Part shown: piece after piece, positions 49,374-58,226 of the stretch | Position numbering within the stretch: the first letter of the stretch is position 1 | How the letters are laid out: each line of letters opens with the position of its first letter | The notes under the pieces: model-generated | Databases searched by the model: none | What the model was told of the DNA's origin: nothing | The model's input: the letters and a program-made list of their open reading frames with translations, nothing else | Program-made: the position numbers and the translations under genes | IMG/VR virus record: IMGVR_UViG_3300031992_000076 | Span: 13,904 to 77,903 of that record | Source of the DNA: a virus | Lineage: Duplodnaviria > Caudoviricetes | Strand: one strand, 5' to 3' | DNA: 64,000 nucleotides

Positions 49374-49477
49374 TATCTCGGGTGAAGATTTGCACTTCAC
49401 ATGGGTTACAAAAGTTAAGTCTTTGTGCCCTTGCTACCTAACCTCAAACTAGCGTCTACCTATTCCGCCACCGAGAT
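49374..49477 (-). ncRNA. Non-canonical tRNA-Leu-like RNA (104 nt), homologous to 44790-44922
   Basis: AUCUCGG/CCGAGAU acceptor, GCGGAAUAGGUAGACGC D-arm, GUGAAG-UGCAAAU-CUUCAC T-arm, 10-bp internal stem with 15-nt loop. Confidence 0.7.
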
Positions 49478-49509
49478 ATTTATTTATTACTTCTTTATTT
49501 CATATATAT

Positions 49510-49538
49510 ATTATATCATAAAATTTTAAAAATGTCAA
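49510..49538 (-). promoter_or_regulatory. Sigma-A-type promoter for the tRNA-like RNA and tRNA-Cys
   Basis: TTGACA-17-TATAAT. Confidence 0.85.
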
Positions 49539-49586
49539 TATACAAAGAAAAAGGCAATTATAAAGATTATAATTGCCTTGATATAT

Positions 49587-49781
49587 TTAATCATTATTTT
49601 CTTCTGATTCTTTTTCATTTGGCACTACGGTGCCATCTTCAAGAAAATAGTATCCGTCAGTGAGAACCTTTTTCTCAGTTTTATTTTTCCAGGTATTGGG
49701 CACATCATTGATTGACCATACTTTGTCGGTTTTTACATTGATATCCCTTTCCTCTAAGTGTCTTGTATATTTATTTACCAT
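49587..49781 (-). CDS. Small tail-associated protein (CD1375/XkdX-like position)
   Basis: 64 aa, W..NDVP.TWK motif, last gene of tail-fibre unit. Confidence 0.55.
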   Translation of the reverse strand: MVNKYTRHLEERDINVKTDKVWSINDVPNTWKNKTEKKVLTDGYYFLEDGTVVPNEKESEENND

Positions 49782-50063
49782 TTATTGTTCCTCCAGCTTT
49801 GCAACTCTGTTTTCTAAGTTATCGATCATTTCTGCTAAATCATCAATAGCAGATGAATTTATATCCTCAAGTTCAGCCACATCACAGATAGCAGAGTCAT
49901 TCTCTGTAACGCCTTGTGTGTTCTCATTTATCTGTGGGATTTTACTATTTGCTTCTTCGGCCTTTGCAGTAACAGGTGCTTCATTTTTTTGTAATTGTGC
50001 AATGGATTTTACCAAAGCATCAACTCTTTCTTCTAATGCTTTTATTCTTTCTTCTAATAACAT
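49782..50063 (-). CDS. Coiled-coil hypothetical protein (tail-fibre accessory)
   Basis: 93 aa heptad pattern, AGGAGG RBS. Confidence 0.6.
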   Translation of the reverse strand: MLLEERIKALEERVDALVKSIAQLQKNEAPVTAKAEEANSKIPQINENTQGVTENDSAICDVAELEDINSSAIDDLAEMIDNLENRVAKLEEQ

Positions 50064-50077
50064 GTTATATTTACCTC

Positions 50078-51247
50078 CTATTCAAGCCATAAAGCATTAA
50101 ATGTTAGTTGCACCACACCACCATTTGCATAAACTTGATAATAAACACCAATTTCTTGATTACCCGTAACAGATAAATCTGTCATTATAATATGTTTCAA
50201 TGTTGGAGATGTAATAGGTGTAGCTTCAACTATATTATGCCCATTTACTCCAATATATTGAGATATTCTTGAATATGCCGAATAATTTGAAATTGATGCA
50301 CTATTTACAATTATGTTGTAATATTCAAGATTAGTAATATCAATAGTTTCGGATGTTTTCAACTTTAGTGCATTTACTCCCGAAGGAGGTGCTGATACTG
50401 ATGTTGTTATTGAATTAGTATTCCTTGTTATAGATAATCCCGATTCAGCAACTAATGTTTTTTCTTCGTATCCGTACCAATAAATCACATTGTCAGGCAT
50501 AACATAAACATCTGTTGTGGCATCTGTCACTGTAATTGTTTTTGAATAATCATTAGAAAGATTATCAGGGTCTTTTGCAACAGATGAAGTAAATGTGATG
50601 CTCGGTGCAAAATCAGTAAACATAATGTTTACATTTTCTGCTTTTCCTGTTACATCTGTTGTTGCGATTTTATTCCCTGTTGCATCCGTAAAGGAAACTG
50701 TATCAGAAGTGGCTGAATATAAATCAACAGTAACAGTGTGAATAAATGATATATTTTCTGTCTGCCCGCTTGTGCTTATTGTTACATTCTTAGTAACTGT
50801 TACTCCATCCTTTATACCTGTAATAGTCCATGTGCCTGCACTATGTACAGTAAACGTATAAGGACTACCTGTAGCATATAATGTAGTCTCACCACTCTTA
50901 GAACAACTTACCTGTGCTCCTGTAGGATAAGTAACTGTAATATCTGCATGAAAATGAGAATCATCAATGGTATATACTTTAACATCATCTACGACTAAAC
51001 TAACTCTAGCATCTTCACCGCCTAAGACAGCATCTATTTGATAAGTACCATATTCAGGAACATCACATTCAAAATGACCAGTAGATGTTTCAAGTGCAAC
51101 AATAGTAATAGAATCTTTAGTTACAGTTACATCTGAGCCAGCTTCTGAAATGATAATCAAATGAGGTAAAATACCGCCCTGACCAGTTCCAACGCCAGCA
51201 ATCAACCTTGATTGTTTTGTATCTTTATCATAAGCATATCTGCTCAT
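50078..51247 (-). CDS. Putative tail fibre / receptor-binding protein
   Basis: Thr/Val-rich tandem Ig-like repeats (AGSDVTVTK..., GAQVSCSK...), beta-rich C-terminus. Confidence 0.6.
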   Translation of the reverse strand: MSRYAYDKDTKQSRLIAGVGTGQGGILPHLIIISEAGSDVTVTKDSITIVALETSTGHFECDVPEYGTYQIDAVLGGEDARVSLVVDDVKVYTIDDSHFHADITVTYPTGAQVSCSKSGETTLYATGSPYTFTVHSAGTWTITGIKDGVTVTKNVTISTSGQTENISFIHTVTVDLYSATSDTVSFTDATGNKIATTDVTGKAENVNIMFTDFAPSITFTSSVAKDPDNLSNDYSKTITVTDATTDVYVMPDNVIYWYGYEEKTLVAESGLSITRNTNSITTSVSAPPSGVNALKLKTSETIDITNLEYYNIIVNSASISNYSAYSRISQYIGVNGHNIVEATPITSPTLKHIIMTDLSVTGNQEIGVYYQVYANGGVVQLTFNALWLE

Positions 51248-51316
51248 AATTTAAACTCCTTTCTCTCAAAATATTTATATTATATCAAAAAACTTGATTA
51301 ATTTTCAAATTTAAAA

Positions 51317-51382
51317 GGCGGGAAGCGCTAGTTATAATTCCCCCTAAGATCCAGTTGTGAAAAGAATTAACCGGCTCCCGCC
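51317..51382. repeat. GCGGGA-family palindromic element / terminator
   Basis: GGCGGGAAGCG...CCGGCTCCCGCC. Confidence 0.6.
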
Positions 51383-51388
51383 TTATTT

Positions 51389-51898
51389 TTATCTAATTTT
51401 ATTTTTTAAGTCCATTTCTTTTGCTACTGCATCTGTGACAACAGGCAATTTCATGGCATATTCATACCCAGCTTTTCCATCGCCATTTCCGCCCAAACCC
51501 TCTGAATAAGGTTTATAAATAGCTTCTAAAGTGGCTATTTCTTTTAAAGTAATTGCGCCTCTTTGTTGATATTTATCAGTTAAATCAACTAATCTATCAT
51601 GAGCTAGGCCCATCAATTCATCCCCTACATATTTTATATATTGTGTTTGCTTTGTATCATTTTCTGTTAATTTTAAAATTACATCATTTAATTTATTGAT
51701 TGCTTCTTGATGTTCTGCATACCTAGCTTTACCGCGTTCTTCTTCATTATTAAGCCCATTTTTTAAGTCTTTCTCTATGGCGGCTAGCTTGTCATTTTTA
51801 TTATCTTTTCGAGTAACAAAGAATTGGATTAATCCCGAACCTATAAACACTCCCAAAAAAGTGATTAAAGCAGTAATCCATTCTGGCATTGTTCTCAA
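51389..51898 (-). CDS. N-terminal TM + coiled-coil protein (holin-accessory-like)
   Basis: TM WITALITFLGVFIGSGLIQFF; Y...GGNG motif. Confidence 0.6.
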   Translation of the reverse strand: MRTMPEWITALITFLGVFIGSGLIQFFVTRKDNKNDKLAAIEKDLKNGLNNEEERGKARYAEHQEAINKLNDVILKLTENDTKQTQYIKYVGDELMGLAHDRLVDLTDKYQQRGAITLKEIATLEAIYKPYSEGLGGNGDGKAGYEYAMKLPVVTDAVAKEMDLKNKIR

Positions 51899-51906
51899 GC
51901 TCCTTT

Positions 51907-52131
51907 TTAACTATTCTTAGAAGTATCAATCTTAATGTTTAAAGCGGAAGGTGATTTGATCTCAATTTCAAGAACTTCATCATCACATAAGAAATCATCT
52001 AATGCCTGATAACCTTCCAAATTGAAAGTAATTAATAAAAGACTTTCTTCATTAAAAAGATTGACCGTAATAGGCTTTGCACTTTTCACAACAGAAAGCA
52101 AGCCTTCGAGTGTAATATTAATATCATCCAT
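51907..52131 (-). CDS. Hypothetical protein
   Basis: 74 aa, AAGGAGG RBS. Confidence 0.65.
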   Translation of the reverse strand: MDDINITLEGLLSVVKSAKPITVNLFNEESLLLITFNLEGYQALDDFLCDDEVLEIEIKSPSALNIKIDTSKNS

Positions 52132-52252
52132 AATAAAAACCTCCTTACGGAATAAAATTTGTCTTTACATATTATATTATAAAAGTAAGAGATAATAATA
52201 AATGTATTTTGTCCAATAAAAATACGGGAAATAATATAAATATTATTTCCCG

Positions 52253-52642
52253 TTAAATAGCATAACAATAATCTATAACAAAAGGAATGTCTGAAGGAAC
52301 TAGAACTGCACTAAGATATACTTCTGTGGTTTGTGTAACTGGTTCTTCGTCATTTACATCTTGCCATTCCTCTGGCTGGAATTCAAACATACCAGTTTTT
52401 CCTAATTGAAACTCTTTTTCTTCGTTATTAAGAGTTAAAAAAATTGGATATGCCATTCCTTGATTATTATTTGCACAATATCCAAATTTGAACACGGCCC
52501 CGCTTCCTAAAAGTGCGGTAGATATTTCTTTATATGGATATGTAATTGTTTGTCCCTTATCTCCACCTATTGTTATTTCTTTATCTATTGTTGGGGCGGA
52601 AGGTGGGATATCAAAGTTTGTTATTTGTCTTATATTATTCAT
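52253..52642 (-). CDS. Hypothetical protein (virion module)
   Basis: 129 aa, AAGG RBS. Confidence 0.65.
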   Translation of the reverse strand: MNNIRQITNFDIPPSAPTIDKEITIGGDKGQTITYPYKEISTALLGSGAVFKFGYCANNNQGMAYPIFLTLNNEEKEFQLGKTGMFEFQPEEWQDVNDEEPVTQTTEVYLSAVLVPSDIPFVIDYCYAI

Positions 52643-52660
52643 ATTTTTTACCTTTTAACT

Positions 52661-52701
52661 GCGGCGACCCAGATCATGAGATCTCATGACCTGGTTCCCG
52701 C
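52661..52701. repeat. 41-bp palindromic element, homologous to 57882-57922
   Basis: Central perfect 16-bp palindrome TCATGAGATCTCATGA; 32/41 identity to reverse complement of 57882-57922. Confidence 0.75.
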
Positions 52702-52775
52702 TATTTTATCTTCCTGTGTAATTACATAGGAGACCATTTCTGATGACCTTTTAAATTTGGTATTGAGTGGGTAAA

Positions 52776-54134
52776 TTACCCCATAAATGCTACACAAATT
52801 TCGGGTAATCCATTTGAAAAGCTAAATTGAATTGTTCCCGAATTATTTACAGCGTCAATAGTTCCCGTTCCGCTTAACTTATAATAGGAGATGTTTGTTA
52901 TTGTCGAGGAAGTGCCACCATAAGTGAACTTAACAATACCGTCATAGTTATCCCCAGGACTATTTTTGTCACTTGCGGTTATATGTACGAGATATGTTGT
53001 GTTGACAGGTAGTTGCCAATGATATGCTGCCAAATACAAAACAGCTGCACCTGTTTCTTGATGATACATTAATTTATCGCTTGAGAGATATGATATATCA
53101 CTCCCTGTAACAAGTTTCTGCAACGGAATGCCTGCACCGCTAGGTGCGGATGATTGCTCTGTAATATTAAGTGTAAATGCACCATAAACTCTTATTTCTA
53201 TTGCACTATAAGAATTCATTTGTACATAAAGATTCCTGTTAGTATCTACTTTTATCGCAAAGATACTTGCTTCACTGCCGTTTTCTCCTATCCATGATAT
53301 ATAATTTGCATCTGCTCCAAGGCCACTTATACGAACACTTGACTCAAACATCTGCCCATCAACTCTTGCAGACACAAAGTCAAGTCTAGCAGTATTATTG
53401 CCACTTATATAAGTGCCTAATTTATACCACTTTTGTGAACCACTATTATTATTAAGTGTAAAGGATTCATAGGGAGTTTGATGTGCCACTAACTTATTAC
53501 TAACACTCGCATCACTAGGAATGATATCGCCGTACACATCTTCCACAGCTTCATCTACCTTAGCAAGGAAATCAGCAGGAATAGCTGTCATCTTGGCTTT
53601 AATTATATAATTTAAACATAATGCTGGTGGTTGTACTGTTGTTGACTTGCCGTAAATTGAGTTAGAAAGAGAAGCGTTAAATATAATTTGACCACCTACA
53701 ACATATGACGAACTATCATCAGTTGAAAACAATCCTTTTGCTCCGTCTAAATTTTGACGAATTGCACCTGTCGCAGGTGCATTATTACCGGATGTAACTC
53801 GTCCGGGCATAGATGCGCCCGTAATATTAGGCAATCCCGCCGCAATACTTGTACCTGCTGCGTTTGTATCACTTGCACCTTCTACAAATCTATCTCTTAA
53901 ATCTGGTAAATTGAAAGTAGTGCTTCCATCACCTGTACCATAAGCTGTTCCGATTACTGCAAACAACTCTGAATATTCTGTTCTACTTATTGCTTGTCCT
54001 TGACATAAAAGCCAACCCGACGGTGCAGTTGAGCCACCAAATGGCACAATAGAACCCACCGCCAAATCCGCATACAATGTTCCACCTGCGACTCTTGAAA
54101 GAGAGCCATCTGAATTAACTTTATTTACACTCAT
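52776..54134 (-). CDS. Tail fibre protein with phage tail-collar domain
   Basis: VGSIVPFGGSTAPSGWLLCQGQAISRTEYSELFAVIG...FNLPDLR. Confidence 0.88.
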   Translation of the reverse strand: MSVNKVNSDGSLSRVAGGTLYADLAVGSIVPFGGSTAPSGWLLCQGQAISRTEYSELFAVIGTAYGTGDGSTTFNLPDLRDRFVEGASDTNAAGTSIAAGLPNITGASMPGRVTSGNNAPATGAIRQNLDGAKGLFSTDDSSSYVVGGQIIFNASLSNSIYGKSTTVQPPALCLNYIIKAKMTAIPADFLAKVDEAVEDVYGDIIPSDASVSNKLVAHQTPYESFTLNNNSGSQKWYKLGTYISGNNTARLDFVSARVDGQMFESSVRISGLGADANYISWIGENGSEASIFAIKVDTNRNLYVQMNSYSAIEIRVYGAFTLNITEQSSAPSGAGIPLQKLVTGSDISYLSSDKLMYHQETGAAVLYLAAYHWQLPVNTTYLVHITASDKNSPGDNYDGIVKFTYGGTSSTITNISYYKLSGTGTIDAVNNSGTIQFSFSNGLPEICVAFMG

Positions 54135-54148
54135 CTTCTTAGCCCTCC

Positions 54149-54943
54149 TTAATCCGTGGTTTTGGTGTATTCGAGAATGGCATATTTAGAGCCAGAAAGA
54201 GCACCAGTATTTGTAGAACATTGTAAGTCATTACCATAAGCTCTAAAGTTAGCGTTATTCAGAGTTCTACCAGTATTATCGCTGGGTGAATTATAGTCAT
54301 AACCACAGAGAAGTGAATACACAAGTATATCAATATCACCAATCCATGAACCGCTATCAACAGTAACCCATGATGATGTAACTGTAGCTGTAAACGGAAC
54401 CACTTTCCTATAAATCGGTTTACCATTAATCCATACCTTGTTGGTCTTGGTTTCGGTAGTGCTATAATACTCGGGTGTGCCACTCTCATCATCAATAATA
54501 TTTACCTGTCCATAAGTAAGTTTTTCATCAGTTGTTAATGCATCCCACTCTGCTTGTGTACCCATGAATATCCTCTGTGTTGGTGCAAGAGATACATTGT
54601 TATCTTCATTAACAAAATCTTCACTAAACTGATAACCACTACCTCCAACCGCTTCTTTCCAATAATATGTTGGAATAGTAGCACCATCACTTACACACTC
54701 GTAAAAATAACCTTTAGTATATGTACCAGTTTCACCTACATACTGGTAGATTTTTCCTAATTCGTCAACACTTGCGGGCGGGAGCTCTTCTTTTTGAATA
54801 TTTCCATTATCGAAAGTTTTTTCACTTAATCTAGTACCATCTTCAAACCAAATATCGTCTGCATAAGCAACCGGAAATGTCCCCAGATGCTCAGCATCGA
54901 CATAGTTATTTGGTCTGGCGGTATCCGCTAATTTTATCGCCAT
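54149..54943 (-). CDS. Tail-associated structural protein
   Basis: GTQAEWDAL and YSTTETKT..VWINGKPIYRKV motifs common in tail-fibre proteins. Confidence 0.65.
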   Translation of the reverse strand: MAIKLADTARPNNYVDAEHLGTFPVAYADDIWFEDGTRLSEKTFDNGNIQKEELPPASVDELGKIYQYVGETGTYTKGYFYECVSDGATIPTYYWKEAVGGSGYQFSEDFVNEDNNVSLAPTQRIFMGTQAEWDALTTDEKLTYGQVNIIDDESGTPEYYSTTETKTNKVWINGKPIYRKVVPFTATVTSSWVTVDSGSWIGDIDILVYSLLCGYDYNSPSDNTGRTLNNANFRAYGNDLQCSTNTGALSGSKYAILEYTKTTD

Positions 54944-54956
54944 TTTATTACCTCCC

Positions 54957-56525
54957 TTAACTTACCACAGCAGTCAAAGTACCAAGACTTGCCTGATGTA
55001 ATCTAACTATCTTATAAGTTGTTGTATAACCACTTGCATTTGTAAATGACCTACTAGCAACAACAGTATCAAGGTCTGTATCAAAACCATTAACCTTAAC
55101 TGAAATACTCCAACCAGTAGGTAAAGCGAAGTAACAATATTGTCCGGTTCCCGCAGTAAAATTATAACTACCTTTTGCATTTGTAGCTAACTTCTTACCG
55201 CTTAAGCCAAGGATAAATGCATCATCGTAACTATCTTGGTCTGCAGCAACACCCCAATAAATCTTGTTCATAAACTGGAATGAAATAGACTTACTAGCAG
55301 TTTTCTCCCCATCACCGCAACTAAGTGTAAATGTCTTATTAGCAGAAATATCATTTGCATAAGTAGCAGTTCTTACAGTCTCATCAGCAAGAGTACAATC
55401 GGTAAGAGATTGTGTTGTAATTTCCTTATTATAACTCCAATTAAATACAACTCCACCCTCAATAACCTGACCATTTTCATATTGTAATGTAGAAGGTGTT
55501 GAGGTAAAACTAACAATAGCAGGATCTACATAATAAAGTTTTGCAAATATAGCATCAAGTGCTTTATCTACATCTGTATAAGTAGGGAAATCTGTATTAG
55601 TATAACTAACATTTTCTGCATCCCCGCCAAGAGTAGATAATGGAGTTAAAGTAATATTACCATCTTCATCAGTAATAACAGCCTTATCTGCATTGGTAGC
55701 ACCTTGAGCTATATCAAGTTTTGCGGTAAGCTCTGTTTCTACTATTGTTTGTAAATCTTTCATTGCAGCAAGGTCTGGAATTTTATTAGTGACAGTTTCC
55801 TCACCTGTATAATCGCTAACTACATCAGTAGTCTTGGAAACGTAGTCACTGAAATTCACGCCTCCCGCAGAAACGATTGTAGTCCAAGCACCATCTAATA
55901 AAATAGACTGCATAAGTTTATCATTATTTTCATAATAAAACCATATAGCATCTGCATCTATTGTATGAGATGTACCATCCTTTACATAAGTAATTTTATC
56001 AGTAGTGCTATCATATGTTGGTTGAGCATCACATTTAATAGCTTCGTCTACATTTAAAAGTGCAATCTGTTCATCCGTATAGGTCTTTGCTTCATTTACC
56101 CCAGCTGCAACTTTATAATTAACAGAACCTTCAACTGCCACACCGCCATTCAGTGTTGCAATATCTTCTTTATTCTGTTGAACTTGTCCTTTTTCAGTAT
56201 CATTATAATCATTGGTAGATAAACCTTTACCAGTTTCTTTATTTACCTTATCTTCAAGAAGTGCATTTACTTCAGTCTTATTGTAATAATTAAGTAAATC
56301 AGCACTTCCGCCTTCAAATTTTCTCCACTTACCTGTGGTATCGTCAACTAAATTACCTTTATTAAAGATATAAATACAACCATCTTCAACACAAGTTGCA
56401 ATAAATACTTGCGGGAGATAATTTTCATTATAATCTTTCATATCGGCTATTGTTTGAAACATATCTCTTTCAACATTAGGTGATGATTTTCTAATGTTGA
56501 AATTGTCAAGCATACTTACAGCCAT
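54957..56525 (-). CDS. Virion structural protein with C-terminal Ig-like domain
   Basis: GKGLSTNDY motif; C-terminal YWG...YFALP domain paralogous to next gene. Confidence 0.65.
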   Translation of the reverse strand: MAVSMLDNFNIRKSSPNVERDMFQTIADMKDYNENYLPQVFIATCVEDGCIYIFNKGNLVDDTTGKWRKFEGGSADLLNYYNKTEVNALLEDKVNKETGKGLSTNDYNDTEKGQVQQNKEDIATLNGGVAVEGSVNYKVAAGVNEAKTYTDEQIALLNVDEAIKCDAQPTYDSTTDKITYVKDGTSHTIDADAIWFYYENNDKLMQSILLDGAWTTIVSAGGVNFSDYVSKTTDVVSDYTGEETVTNKIPDLAAMKDLQTIVETELTAKLDIAQGATNADKAVITDEDGNITLTPLSTLGGDAENVSYTNTDFPTYTDVDKALDAIFAKLYYVDPAIVSFTSTPSTLQYENGQVIEGGVVFNWSYNKEITTQSLTDCTLADETVRTATYANDISANKTFTLSCGDGEKTASKSISFQFMNKIYWGVAADQDSYDDAFILGLSGKKLATNAKGSYNFTAGTGQYCYFALPTGWSISVKVNGFDTDLDTVVASRSFTNASGYTTTYKIVRLHQASLGTLTAVVS

Positions 56526-56544
56526 TTTATTTGTCTCCCTTCAA

Positions 56545-57567
56545 TTATTTAAATACTATCTGATTATTTTCTGCGGCGGTTGGATCTATTAAAGTATAAC
56601 AGTAATAAGCAATACCATCCACAGTTTTTTCGCTTCTTTGGAATGAGTCAAAATAGTTTATATTATTAACTTCATCTTTAATATATGTTAAAACTCCAAA
56701 AGATTTGGGATAAGCATAAAATACTTTACCCCAATCTGTGGTAATACCAGAATAAGTAAGATTCCTTGTATCTTTAAGGATACTCGTACCACTTTTAATA
56801 GTAGTTTCATCTGGATCTGATACATCAGCACCACAAATACCATAATAAGACTTAGCTACGAATTTAATAGCAAATGTTGATGTTGAAGTTTGTTTTCCAT
56901 CTGTCGCTGTTGCCTTAAAAGTAGTATCTGTTGTAATTGCGGCAGCCGGGGTATACTGATACTGGAAATTTCCGCCCGAAGCCACGCCCGCACTTATTTC
57001 ATTAATTAAAGTATCTCCATCATAGAAAGCTAATTTTGTTACTGGATTTGTTTTCTTCGTAACTGCCGCCTTAAGTAAGATAGTTGCTACACTATCGGTA
57101 ACAATATCATATAATTTGGTTGATGGAGTAGTAGATAATGAAATTGTGGGTGGAAGATATTTAATAAGCATATCTCTTATGATTTGTTCAATGGATGTTC
57201 CTTTTGCATAAGTTTTACCGCTCGTTACGGTACCTATCTCTACTGTTGCAGTTAAAGGCTCCTGTAATTCTGCCTTACTTTCTATCTTACCACAATTTAC
57301 TATAGTTCCATTAGAATATGTGATAATAAGTTCATTATTATTATTTATATCTACAGATTCGATAGATATACCTTCCGCACCATCCATTACTTCCATAGTG
57401 CTATATTTAACTGCGCCACTATCTCCAATCCATTTAAATCTTACGATATTTTTCTTATCTTCTTTAGTGATATCATCAATCCTACAAGAGGCTCCCTTAA
57501 CAGCTCCAAGTGCATCCGCTGTTTCTTCGGTATATTTTTTTGATAAAGCATATGCTATGATATCCAA
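56545..57567 (-). CDS. Virion structural protein with C-terminal Ig-like domain
   Basis: MDIIAYAL start; YYG...FYAYP domain. Confidence 0.65.
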   Translation of the reverse strand: MDIIAYALSKKYTEETADALGAVKGASCRIDDITKEDKKNIVRFKWIGDSGAVKYSTMEVMDGAEGISIESVDINNNNELIITYSNGTIVNCGKIESKAELQEPLTATVEIGTVTSGKTYAKGTSIEQIIRDMLIKYLPPTISLSTTPSTKLYDIVTDSVATILLKAAVTKKTNPVTKLAFYDGDTLINEISAGVASGGNFQYQYTPAAAITTDTTFKATATDGKQTSTSTFAIKFVAKSYYGICGADVSDPDETTIKSGTSILKDTRNLTYSGITTDWGKVFYAYPKSFGVLTYIKDEVNNINYFDSFQRSEKTVDGIAYYCYTLIDPTAAENNQIVFK

Positions 57568-57580
57568 TTAGGTCACCTCC

Positions 57581-57775
57581 TTAAATTTCATGCCATACTT
57601 TGTCTGTACCCAAAATCCAAACACTAGAATCTTCTAAACAAAGGGCATTACTACCAATACCATAAGTATCATCTGTTGGAAGGGCATTAATTTCTGTAAG
57701 AGTATCTACATAAAGTTCAACAACAGAACTTGCTGTATTATCTCCATTTTTTATGATTGTTAAACCCATAATCAT
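57581..57775 (-). CDS. Small hypothetical virion protein
   Basis: 64 aa, GSNALCLEDSSVWILG. Confidence 0.6.
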   Translation of the reverse strand: MIMGLTIIKNGDNTASSVVELYVDTLTEINALPTDDTYGIGSNALCLEDSSVWILGTDKVWHEI

Positions 57776-57881
57776 ACCTCCGTTTATTTATATGAAATAA
57801 AAAATGTCATAGTTAATTTGCTATAAATATTTAAAAAGCGGGAATGGGATATAAACTTATTTTGTCCTTATTTTTCTTAAT

Positions 57882-57922
57882 GCGGGATCCAGGTGATGAG
57901 ATTTTATAAGCTGAACCGCCGC
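57882..57922. repeat. 41-bp palindromic element, homologous to 52661-52701
   Basis: GCGGGATCCAGGTGATGAGAT...CTGAACCGCCGC. Confidence 0.75.
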
Positions 57923-57993
57923 ATAAAAATTTAAAACAACTATCTAGTTTCCCGTGTTGCCCATCCTAAACGCCCCAAGCACAGCTTTATAAA

Positions 57994-58029
57994 CAAAAAA
58001 AGCAGGTAATGATTTCTCATTACCTGCTT
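57994..58029 (-). terminator. Intrinsic terminator of the DUF2828 unit
   Basis: AAGCAGGTAATG/CATTACCTGCTT stem with A-run. Confidence 0.85.
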
Positions 58030-58077
58030 AATATAGAAAGACATAGGTACGATATCGACAATAACCTATTTTATATA

Positions 58078-58212
58078 TTAGTTAAGCGCACCAGCGTTTC
58101 TAAGCTGTCTACATAACTTTCTGACAACACCGCCCGCCTTTAAATTCTTAGGTGAACCATTCAATCTGTTATATCTGTCCTTTAAAAGTGCAATTTTCTG
58201 TTCCTTTGTCAT
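58078..58212 (-). CDS. Small basic protein (44 aa)
   Basis: MTKEQKIALLKDRYNRLNGSPKNLKAGGVVRKLCRQLRN; AAGGAG RBS. Confidence 0.65.
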   Translation of the reverse strand: MTKEQKIALLKDRYNRLNGSPKNLKAGGVVRKLCRQLRNAGALN

Positions 58213-58226
58213 TTCTTTTGTTCTCC

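Noticed and set aside
50078-54943. Diversity-generating retroelement targeting tail fibres
   Set aside because: No reverse transcriptase and no template/variable repeat pair seen in the window.
35810-57792. T4-like TATAAATA late promoters before phoH (35810) and the tail genes (57785)
   Set aside because: At this AT content more than ten chance copies per strand are expected, so it cannot be supported without transcript mapping.
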